From Ptychomitrium polyphyllum (taxonomy: Eukaryota): DNA of 64,000 nt. The stretch's first letter is position 1; each line of letters begins with the position of its first letter. The position numbers and the translations under genes were made by a program. This document shows, piece after piece, positions 28,710 to 40,648 of the stretch. Where the stretch lies: contig OZ316775.1 in NCBI GenBank assembly GCA_973851085.1, positions 2,666,001 to 2,730,000 on the forward strand, written 5' to 3'. The notes beneath the pieces were generated by a model. The model was not told where the DNA came from, searched no databases, and worked only from the letters and a program-made list of their open reading frames with translations.

Positions 28710-29116
28710 TGTTATGGACACAAGAAGCAAATACCAGGTGGTTTTAAGGATGAACTTCTAAGGAGCTAATGATTAATAAGAATTGATACAAATACTAGAA
28801 TAAGAACACTATACAATATGATCCATAACTTGTGTTGGTAAGACTAAGGTATATCTTGTCTTAGCCTCCTATTTATATTATATGCTTGTATTTTGTGGGA
28901 TACTTTTGAAGAAGCTTTTTAGAAAGCTTAATAATGTTCTAAAAGTCTATGGATATTTTTAATGAAATTTCTTAAAGAAGTAGAACCTTTCTAAAAAGTT
29001 TTTCAAAAATGTGGAATTATTATAAAGCATAAAAAGAGTTCTAAGAAACTACTACAATATATCAAAAGCTTCTAAAAGATTATAAAGATTATATTGCATG
29101 ATCTATATCCATAACA
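28710..29116 (-). mobile_element. Solo LTR, 407 bp, TGTTATGGA...TCCATAACA termini
   Basis: TG...CA ends with a 9-bp terminal inverted repeat, a TATA-like TATAAATAG on the minus strand, flanked by CCAAG/CCAAT (5-bp TSD, 1 mismatch). Confidence 0.78.
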
Positions 29117-32100
29117 CCAATATAATAGATAATTTTCTCTTTTTGAGAACAACCTTGCATTTAAATCATTTCTTGACCATTTTTCTTTAGAATTTTTGGT
29201 AACTTAAATTTTTAGAAAGTACATTTCAATTATAAAGTCCAATGCATTTAAGAAAAATCTTTATGATCCACATTTCTTTATTAAAGTTTTGATTTCTACT
29301 AAAAAAAAAAAAACAATGTCATTTGCATTTATCAAGTTTTTATATCTTGTTTCTTCATTTGAAAATACGGAGTCTTATATATTGTAATAAGATCATGTTG
29401 TAAACACTTTAGCACATCTCATAATATTGATAGAGCTACAATAAATTAGAATTGTGTTGCCTTGACAAATTTGAGCCTATTTACAATTGCCTCCATAAAG
29501 TTTCAATTGACTAAGTTATAACATTTTTCATAGTTCAAAAACATTACCACCATTTTTTATTATGATTTTTATAGAAGAAATTGTGTTGCAACAATTGTAG
29601 ATCAAATTAGATGCATTATAAAAGAATTTAACTATGATTTGTGAGAGGAGGTCATTAAAAATCACAAATAAGATATTAACATGACAAGTGTGTAAACATT
29701 AAGTTGGCCAACAACACAATTTGAAAGGATTTAAAATTAAAATTGAAAAATAAAAATATTACATTATAAACTTATTATGTGCTAATCTATATCCAAAAAT
29801 AACTATATGTGATGGCTTTAAAATAAAACCATCATATATAATACATACCAACCATAATTGTCAATTATGTAATGCATTGTATTTTATTATAAATGAATTG
29901 AGGTTTGAACATACAATATGTTTGCTAGTGGATCATAGCAATTGACCAAATATGGATTTTTCTTGTATCTTTTCCTAACTACTCTTTGAAATTATACCTA
30001 CATTGATTATAATGGTTTCCATGTCATTTGAGTGAAAGAAATAAATAGGAATTGGTAGAAGCCAACTTTCTTTTGAACTCACTTAATGAGGCCATTACTA
30101 TGTCAATTTTGGTAGGAACATTAATCACCCCCTTTTGCTTTTGCCAACAAGAGGTGACATAAATTACAAAAAATACAATTTTTTGCTTTATGATGTTTAG
30201 TAATAATTTTTTGGATCATTTATTCTAAATTTAGATTACATGGTATAAAATTAGAATATAAGACAAGTCTCCCACAAGTTCTAATATTTTGCAAGGTGAA
30301 ATGCCTTACATGAATCTACCCACGGGGTTACTTAAGATTGTCGTGGAGGGGTGATTAACATGCCTGGCATTATCATAACGATTACGAACGTTAATTATTA
30401 TTATCAATATGTGCCAACATATCAGGCTGGCGCAAAGTTGTGATGAAGATAAATTCAGCGTTTCTCTTAAATTGGATGGAGTGTGCTCAGTAACACACAG
30501 AAATACTCGAGCATAACAGTTTTCTTTAGTCGTCCTCACAATTATGATATGCTTAATTTTCCTGTTGCACTGTGCTACCACAGTGATAGTTTTATCTTAT
30601 ACGGGAAAGCTTATTGCAGGAAAATGAAAATTTGTCATTTTTCAAACGGAGCTTAGTGCCAGAGCGCATGTCAGACGGAACTCTTCCCAGTCACATCCAC
30701 CACCCATTGGCTGTACCCAAGTTGCCACATACTTCACCTCGTTGCCTCCATTATTATTAGAATCTTGCTAATGACCGATTACTGTTGACTTCGTTTCAAT
30801 GTTGAATTTGCCACTATCGTCCACAGGCCCCCATTGCCCCAGCCAAGTTCTCTCGAGCTTGATTGCGGTTGGTTGCAATGCAATCCTAAGATTCCTAGTA
30901 GGATGGAAGCATATGCTTCCCTGTTTTGGAAGCTTGTGAGGCTTTGCATGAGAATATGACTTGTCATAACAATATGGTCATGTACATGTGTGTTTACCCT
31001 AAATCGAACAGGATATGGAAGTGGCTCTATGATGCCTTCAAGGGTGAGCATGAACAATGGAAACCACCTCAGAGGAATTGGGCCCAAATAATAACCAAAT
31101 ATCTCATGTATGATTAAGTCAAAATCATAGCGTTGTACAGAAAAAAAACTGATTTGAAGAGTATAGTTTAACATAAAATTTGAATACTTGTGAATGGGTG
31201 AAAATTTTGGTATTTGAGTACAATATTGTTAGAACTATTTTGTGCCAAATTTTTACAATACAATGCAAAGTCTGGCTTGAATTATCTCCAATATATACAT
31301 TAAAATCTAAAAAAACATAGAATCAATACAAAATGCTATCATTAGAAGTAAATTGGAAAATCTCACATTAGAAGTAAATAAACATTTAAGAATTGGATAT
31401 CCAATAACAAAACTACTTCTATCGTAAGTGTGCTATTAGATGAAGTTAGAAATGTCGTTAGAAATTTGGATATGAGTGGATTTAACTCATCTAGTTCTTC
31501 ACGATTATTCAATTCCAAAAATTCCAAAAATTTAATGATACGCCTTATGCTCCATAATACAATAGCATACTTACAAAAGGAATTAATTTTATCATCCAAT
31601 GTTGAGATCTAGATATACCTATTTTTTGTGCCTATTTTATGCAATTTATTTGATGTGCTTACAATGCTAGTATTTCAAGTACTAAGTCCAAGTCCATATG
31701 AATAAAAGGATTTATTCTTATATTCTGGTGTGTACGGTGGATTCTCTAGTGCAATCCCACCGCACACACCATGCCACCACTTTGGGAATCTTCTATTTCT
31801 ACTGGCAGTCCCGGTTACGGGAGCAGGGCCTGGCCAGCGACTCTTTGGTGGATCCCATTGCCAAGGGATACCCCCTTTGAAAATCGTCACTCTGGGATAT
31901 AGTGACCCAAAATCATCAGCATCTACTAGAGTCCTACAGTCGGCTCTCGCTTGATGCAACTTCTTTTCTGATCCTTTCCCAGGCGAGGGTAGGAACGCCA
32001 TCAAGATGTACAGAAATCCTAGATTCTGAATATAATAAAGCAGGCAGAGCTAGGAGCAATATTGCGGGACACAATAACCAAAATCCGAAATCATCTACGT

Positions 32101-34388
32101 TAGGACTACATTTGAGCAGTAGGTTCCCATAATGCGTCCTAATCCAATTCGACAGAGAGATTATGGACCTGCCCAGGATGTACGGTGGGCATAGATCTGG
32201 ATCCAACACGGAGGTGAAGGGTGGTGCAGCTGGTGTGTCAATGTGGAATGCAGAGGCGATGGCAGAGGAATGGCGGGGGATGGTGGTGACGGAGTTTGGG
32301 AGAGGAGGGAGAAGATTCTTGCGAGAAGCGATGCTTACTTAAGGTGCGATTGCAGCGCTGACACCGCACAGGCCGATTAGCGGTTCGTTCTGTTGGGCAG
32401 GCAGTTAGCAGGCAGCCATTGGTATGCGCGGACAGAGGTGGAGGTTTTTTTTGGAACGTTTTTGGAAGTTTTCTGGGGAGTTGGAGCGGACGCATCGACC
32501 TGAGTTGGAAGGGAGGCGGTCGAACTAACGGCGGCGAGGGAAGGTGAGGTCAGGCGCGGGCGGCATTGAATTGCGTGCACACAGAACTCACAGCACGGTC
32601 AAGTGCGATTTGGCGCGCGAGTTGCCCTGCGAGGTTGCCTGGTCGCTTCGAGAGGAGCGACGTTGTGCGACGAGGGGGTGGGGGGTGGGGAAAGAGAGGG
32701 AGAGAGCGGTAGCGAGAAGAGAGAGCTGTAATGTCTTTCCAGAGTTCGGTGTAATCATAGCGGTAGTCTGAATGCACTGTACACTACAAAGTGCCGCGAC
32801 TGACCGATCTCTGACGCACTCTAGCGGACGGTCGCTACTCGTGCTCACCGAGTCCGTAAGTCTGCATCCGGGCCAGGGCATGTCAGTGCGCGCTTCGGCT
32901 TGGATCGAGGGAGCATAAAAAGGCGCCTGCCAGATCGTGACCGACTTATTATTTACCTCCTTCCCTTCTTGCTGTGACGTAGAGTTGTATCAGTTGTTTG
33001 AGGTGCATGCGCTCTGTGCTCTCGAACTCCGACTCCACCCGGCCTTGCGTGGCGTTTGGTTTCTTCTGTTGATGATTTACGTTGGATCATCGCATTCTTG
33101 CGGGAGAGTGAGATTGTGCGCGCGCGTGTATAGTCCTCCTGTGGTCTCCACAATCCGACGTTTGTGCGTTGCGTTACGTTTCTGCCGCAGTGGTTTGTGA
33201 TTCTTGCACTCGACATCCTTCCGCTGGTAGGCACTCTTCTTGATCTGTGCTGATGCGTCTCCCCTCTAGACCTGCACGTAGCTTAGTCATGAAGATCTAT
33301 CTAGCCAAGTGAAGCATCCATGTTGGCTCAGTTTTCCTCGGTTGTGCTTCGTCGAAGACGGATTATGGTGAGAATGAGCGTCGAGGTATTAAATGCCTGA
33401 GAATGAATTTCGAAGCTTCTTTGTGCAGGTTTCTCAGAGTCGTAGTTTCGCTCAGGTAACGTGTTTTTTCACGAAGCGTTAGGATCTGCTGTTCATCTAC
33501 AGTGTCGTAGTGGACTCAGATTTCATAGTCTTATGAATACACTTCTGTCAACGTCACCGTCGCCGAGCGATACTGCCGGTACTTTCAGTCGGTGATGTGT
33601 GAAAAGCACTCCAGCAGCTCTAACATCTTACCGTGTTAGGAATGACTTGTTACATACACGGTTAGCATTATGTTACCAAATTTTAATATTTGATAAATGT
33701 TTCAAGTAGAATTTATTTGTAGTTAACAAGATCTGTCAGTTTCGCATGACAATGCGTTAAAACATTCTATGTCTAGTTTTGAAAACCTTTTATTTAATGC
33801 TTTAACATTTCCCCCCTTTTTTTTCATCTAGTCCTGAGATGGTAAATCGTTTTGTATCACGCAGATCATTCTTAGTAATGTGATAATGTTTCTCGTGTAC
33901 CAAATTATTCCCTCGGGAAATGTGGTCGTTAAATGTGACGCGTGTTGCTTTTCGTTTTTAATTTTGTTAGTTTAAGAAGCGCACATAGTGAGGAGCACAC
34001 TCTGATTATGCATTTGTGGTTGTTGTGCAACAGGTGCTGGCCTGGTCCTTGAAGAACTGTAGACTGGCATTCGCCTCTCAAGCCTCCCGCTCTGTCTCAA
34101 TCGATTCTGCTCTATACTTCGATGATTCAGAATTTCCGTGTGTTCTGGCGTTGCATGCCTCCGCATCCTCAGCGTATCAATATCGAGTGACAGGAGTCGT
34201 TGTTACTGAAAGCAGAATATTCACTATGCAGAGCGGTGAGAGCTAATATTTGCCTTTTGCGAATTCCATGTACAAAAATTGAAGCCGTTGAATAGAAATA
34301 GTTTGGTAATTTGAAACAAAGTCGAGGTAGTGGAAGGCATCATTTGCAAGTGCTCTGCTTCGTTTTGGGAGCCGTAGGCATTTTTACC

Positions 34389-37158
34389 ATGGTACTCAAA
34401 GTGAGCGAGGTTAGCGGTAGCCTTGACAGATACCACGGAGATATTGAAGGCACAGAGGGATTGCTACGAGCAAGTGTCAATTTTGGAGAGAGTCTTGTTG
34501 GTGGAATTGCCTTCCGATCCAAGCGCTCAGCAGTGTGCTCAGAGTCTCCAACTACATCCCACGCGTCAACATTGTCAGTCTCTTCCATGATATCTACATC
34601 CCCTTCAAAGCCATCGGTTATGAACGCGAGCTCTGTTTGCTCGAAGCCCATTCCCGTTGTCCTGCAGAAAAAGCACAGCTCTTACACTGACAAGGGCCAG
34701 TTTCACACGTTGGTCGATGCAATGAGGGCTCAGTCACCCCCTCGTAGTCATGTACATGAACAGGATCCTGAAGCTGCTTTCAATAAGAATTGGCTTGTAA
34801 GCACCTTCGCGCTTTGATTTCGGCAGAGCTATCTTTTCCATATTGAACCACTAATATTGATTGACATCAACAAAAGGACACGCTTTTGTTAATTGCATTC
34901 TGTGCCTATTTATGCATGTACACTAGTTGCGAATCTCATGGATGCTTAAATTTGTATCGCTAACTGCAGGAGAAACATCAGTCAGCTTTGAAATCATTCG
35001 ATAAAGTGGTTCGACATGCTCACAAGAAGCAGGTTGTGGTATTTCTTGATTATGACGGGACACTTTCCCCCATTGTTGAAGATCCTGAACGCGCTTTCAT
35101 GTCAAATGAGGTTAGTTCATCTTGAAGTATCAGTTAGAATGGGAAGTCATGGTGTAGCACATTCAGTTAAGCACTCATGCTTTTATAAACTGCTTCGCAT
35201 TTGCACTATGGAACACTGTTGTGTACTCAGATTGTGGACTTACACTTATCGTTCTCTGTGTTAGTTACTAAATCAGTATTGAAATAATATAATGTTATCT
35301 TACAATGACTTTTTACCTGAGACTGAGTTTCACCCATTTACATGATTGACAGATGCGGGCTACGGTGAAGGAGGTGGCATCTTGTTTCCCAACCGCTGTG
35401 ATTAGTGGGAGATCTCGTCCAAAGGTATTTATCTGTTACCTTCTTTGTTACTTCTGCTTTCGAACCAACCATTTGTATAAGATTATTAGATCATTAATGT
35501 AATTGTTTTTAATGCATTTTGGTTCTACATGTTCTTTAAGCTTTTCTGAAGTTGGTTGCCTAACTGAGTTATTTTGATTGTAAGGAGTATCGCTATCGAT
35601 AGATTTATATTATTTGTTACTTTGTTTTTGGAGCAGGTATACGAGTTCGTAAAATTAGATGAACTTTACTATGCTGGAAGTCACGGCATGGATATTGTGG
35701 GACCTGCAAAGAGCTCTGATGGTTTCCGAGTGAAGGGAACTAATGCTAGAGATAAGAAGGTATTATATTATTGACGACCTTTATAAAATCAGCAATTTTT
35801 CTAGTATGATTGTGTTAATGATCTTGTTACATAAAATTAAGACTTTTTCCTGGGATTACCTTCTTGATCTCTAATCTTGTTGCTCCTGTCTGCAGGGAAA
35901 TGATCTTGTTGCATTCCAACCGGCTAGTGAGTATCTGCCCTTGATAAACAAGGTATTTTTCAGTTTCTAAAGGTTTATAACGAAATAATTTGTTTTCTTG
36001 TGTAGCTGAGCATTTCTGCGCATTGATCACGTTCACATGCATTTAATTTTGACAGTTTTGTCATTTATTGCAACGGAGGTCTAACTCTTCAGTTAAACAT
36101 TTCGCCAGGTGACTGCTGCTTTGATTGAAAATACAAAAGGTGTCAAGGGCGCTAAGGTGGAGAATAACAAATTTTGCGTGTCAGTGCATTTCCGACGAGT
36201 CAAGGAGGAGGTGTGTTGAGGTGTTTGATGCTTTCCAATTTTCTATGGTTACTTGTCAACATGCATTGAACTTCTTAGATGCTGACTTTGCATGAGTGTG
36301 ACTTGGAGTATGTGGGGGTTAAGGTGTAATTGTAATTAGTATTCTAATCTCAGTCTGAAGGGTCTTTGTGATCGTGATGCAGCTTTGGGAAGCTCTTGCA
36401 GAGCGGGTGGGAAATGTTTTGAAAGATTACCCGACTTTAAACTTGACGCATGGTCGGAAGGTGTTGGAGGTTCACCCATCTATTGAATGGGACAAGGGCA
36501 AAGCTGTTGACTTCCTTCTCAACTCTCTGGGTAAGAAACTGTATCGAAATTGTAGAATGAACACCGGTTTTCCATTTCTTCTTGAAGCATATAATATAAG
36601 TAATGTTACGTATACTCTAACTATTTTTTTCGGTTTTTGGAGTTACTCACTTTTTAAATTTGTAGGTTTCAAGGACACAAGTGACGTGATTCCTCTGTAT
36701 CTAGGAGATGATAAGACGGACGAAGATGCTTTCAAGGTAGGCCATATGTTTTGAATTTTATGATTTAAAGGCTGTTTCAACAGTATGAATGGAAGCGCGT
36801 GGTACTGTATTCCCTGTTAACACTTATTTATGAATGCTTTTCACAGATGATCAATACAACAAAGCATGGCTGGAGTATTTTGGTATCTTCTGTTCCCAAA
36901 CCAACTGCAGCAAAACTCTCCCTTCAGGATCCATCTGAGGTATTTGCTCTTGATACCTTGTAAAATTTCATACAGAATTATACCTCTTCTTTACTGAAAC
37001 GGTCTTTTTAAGTAGGACAAGTGGCAGACACTGATATTGTGTTCGTGACTTTACAGGTTATGGAGTTTTTGCGTAGGCTTGTGCACTGGAAGAAATGGGG
37101 ATTTGAAAGCCGAAGCGGCATTCCAACGGGGGCTTCCAACCACCCCTTGATGCCATAA
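34389..37158 (+). CDS. TPP: Trehalose-6-phosphate phosphatase (plant class III TPP, HAD family)
   Basis: Exons 34389-34796, 34970-35110, 35353-35424, 35637-35759, 35896-35952, 36109-36210, 36383-36530, 36666-36736, 36847-36939, 37057-37158, all GT-AG and in phase. Motifs [69 protein letters not shown]. May extend 5' to ATG 32772 (see findings). Confidence 0.95.
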
Positions 37159-39344
37159 ACCTTCACACTATCTAACCCAAATCCTGCTCCAAATTCCCCT
37201 GTGTATACAGCCACCACCTATTATCGCAATGACCTTGAACTGCTCCCACCTCGTCAAATATAACCTAACTGTATACAAATCACTCTGTCAACTCACACCT
37301 AATCCAGCCCTTGGTTCCTTTCGTATACTGGTGATACTCGGTTCAGTTACTATGTGTGCACTGATGCCTTTGCAATTGAGATCCTCAATGATCAAGAATC
37401 TGATACCATTTGGAGGTGTCGCACATGAATCCATGGGGGTTGACACGACAGTGACATGCAGACAAAAATTGTGTACATGAGTGGGAGCTCAAGTGGTTGG
37501 TCACAGGTGAATCCTGTAACATCATGGAATGGATCCGTATGCTGGTGAGGAACTATCTCAGGAATATTGATTCTGGTCAAACAGAAGTATGTCTTGCACT
37601 CTGGAGTGGAATCGTTACCAATATTTTGAGCCCAACATTGAGGCTTAAATTTGTTTGACGTATTCAATTGTCGCAGACATGGCGTTAACAGTACTACGAA
37701 TGTAAATGTGAGGTACACAGATTTGAGGTCTCTGCATTCAAGCAAGATATATCTGTGCTGCACATGCTGTGTCTCACTCAGCTCTGCGAGTTCTGGCAGT
37801 TAGACTTCCAATATTTGCCACTCTCAGGTTACACATCCTCGTATATTGTTTTCAGTCCAGAACTCCTTGTCTGATACATATAGGCTTTAGAATTCTAGTT
37901 TCGGAGTAGCATCATATTGCCCACATTTTTGCTTAATTTTTTTAGTACTCCTCTCTTTATTATTAGAGCTCAGTGTTTACTTAGTTAATAGTCTTCGTAT
38001 GTATGTGAAATAGGAGTATATTCGACCTTGGGAGCAGGAGAATGGATGTAAAGCCCGGCTTTAAGGCGCTTATTGAATGATACTAGATTCTAAATTAATT
38101 GTGTAAGGTAAACATTTATATCACTGCCATCTTTGCATTGGTGTCATCTCACGAACTGCTTCATCATCACTAGTCACAAGCTGGAGTCTTCAAGGATGTA
38201 GTATATTGTGAAAAGGAACTTTGGAATAGCGGTGATAGGCTTTACAAATGGTCAGCTATGCAGTGTAGTGATGTGATAATGAAAGGAAGGGTGTAGTCAT
38301 ATTTCTACTTCATGAAAAATTGTGGTGATGATATACTTGAATGCAAAACATATGGTAGTGTTTTGAGGAGGATTGAGTGGATTATGCAAATATAGGATAA
38401 CAAACTAGGATTAATTTATTGAAGTCGTAGAATAGGTGATGTCCCTATCTAATGACGGTCATAAATGTAGGTTGCATCATCTTTTGAAAATTCATGATTA
38501 ATTTATGTGGAACAAAAAAATTACAATTCAATTTCAATTCTATTTTAAATTGTTAAAATAATAATTAAAAAATATATGTATAAAATATCTTATAAATCAT
38601 GATTTTTTAAAAATAAAAACTTAACAATTGGAATATACTTAAATTTTATTGTTATGATAATGTGGTGATTACTTCATAATTAGAATTTATAATTAAAAAT
38701 ATTACTATTCTAAAGTTTTTCTTTTCGAAATAAATAAATTATTCATATACTTTAAAAGAAAAATGAAATTCTAATATATTATAGCATAAAAATGATACAT
38801 TTTAAATATCTAAAATTATTTTTAATATGACGGAATCCATATTCATTGTCATATTTGCTTCATTGTTGAGCTTTGAACAAGTAAGAAATAATGAATATAT
38901 ACAACTTGTATTTTTAAATAATGTACAATAATAAAGCTTTTGCAAAGCCTTTAGTGAAATTATTTCCTTACAACTAATTAATTCAAACAGTTATAAATCA
39001 CTAAATTGCACACTATTTATCTTTAATCTAAAATAATCAAACTGTGTTGTTATTTATTAAAAATAAAGTTATTAAAATTATGGAACAAATTGTAAGCAAT
39101 ATTAAAGGTTGTGTGACAAATATTGAAGAAATTGTAGAAATTTATGACTCATTTCATCACCTTTATCTCTCTTCATCTACTATTTTAAATTTATTTATTT
39201 TTTACAAATAATGTTCAAATAACAATAAAAAAATAAAAATAAAAGCAATAAAAAATACAACCATAGTTTTTTTTGATGTATCTTAATTTTAGTAAATTAA
39301 AATTAATAATTACACACACACAAGCATGCGCAAGTGTATATACA

Positions 39345-39489
39345 CCTTACGTACATACGTACGTACGTACCTTACGTACATACGTACCTTACGTACATAC
39401 GTACCTTACGTACATACGTACCTTACGTACATACGTACCTCACGTACGTACGTACCTTACGTACGTACGTACCTTACGTACATACGTAC
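39345..39489. repeat. 17-bp minisatellite CCTTACGTACATACGTA x8, rich in GTAC/ACGT palindromes
   Basis: Eight units counted by eye; about 20 GTAC tetramers in 145 bp. Confidence 0.92.
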
Positions 39490-40648
39490 ATGATTTAAAA
39501 CAAAATTTATTCAATCCTTCAAAAATATAAAAACTCAACTAATAGTAAAACTACAAACTCCAAAATTAAAATAAATCATGGTATGATATATTAATAGGTG
39601 AAACTTAATCAACCTTAGTAGGTACTCTCCAATTGTATAGAATCGTTCCTTCTATAGAAGGATAATATTTTAAGGTGCTTTCACCAAGTCTAGTAAATAG
39701 AAAGATAAGACCTAATAGAAACAAACTTTTTATTCATGCTAATTTTTTGAAGCATTAAACTTATCCTTTTTTCTTGTACTAGGACATAACCTCAATGGTT
39801 AGATGTTATTCAATGATGGCTAATAAAGGTCTCAGAAAAACAGCACCATAACTTCAAAACAAAATTATACCATAACTTCAAAGCATCCCCTGGTTACAGA
39901 AAATCAACTTACTCTCGTTTTTCAAATGCTAGAATGCCACCTTGACAGGTTTGCGCTCTATGGACATTACTTGATAAACATTTGTTCAAGAGGATCACAG
40001 GATTTTTAAGGAGTAGCCTTTTGCTTTCCCTCTCAAGGCAGTGAAAGTGTAAACAATACCTCAAAGTCACTTTGCACTCAGATGATAATTCCAACATAAG
40101 AACATTCTTTTCCTGTTTAGCGACTAATTTGTGCACAGCTGTGCGGTGTTCATTCTACTGTTGAGATTGTGTTACAGCTTAATGCTCGGCTGTGAGTGAA
40201 GTCGCCAAGCCTGGCTGGCTAACTTCAGAGCACAGGAGTTCACTTCAGAACGGATATCAATTCAACAGCGTGTTTGGATTTGTCAAGATCTCCACATGAC
40301 CGACTAACAGAGAGTAAACGACCTTCAGACTGAAATATTCCCAGTTCATTTATACTGCTTTTAAAGTTGTGATGCGAGGTATCAGTGACGACGTATCGAC
40401 TTTGGTGCCAAATTTTTATTACGATTATTTGTGAGTACATCAACCCTTCCGAGAATGGACCACTAATGAATAAAAAGAAATAATTTTTATATTGCAGTTT
40501 GAATGATCTGGCTGTGAATAAGACTGTTTCTCAAGAAACAAAGTTGCCTCTTCTACAAATTAGCTTGAATATTGAACGTTCAAATTCAATGCCCTATTGG
40601 TAGACATCATTTAGAGAGTTCCAAGGGAAACTCCTGCATGTGAGTCTA

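Noticed and set aside
27611..29116. Single large TIR DNA transposon
   Set aside because: Each arm has its own TG start and its own distinct TSD, which fits two solo LTRs better
32700..34388. Angiosperm-type conserved TPP uORF peptide (recalled RWFFIDK-like motif)
   Set aside because: Not found in the leader frames I inspected
39273..39530. Tyr/Val/Thr/Arg-rich ORF
   Set aside because: Translation of the 17-bp minisatellite
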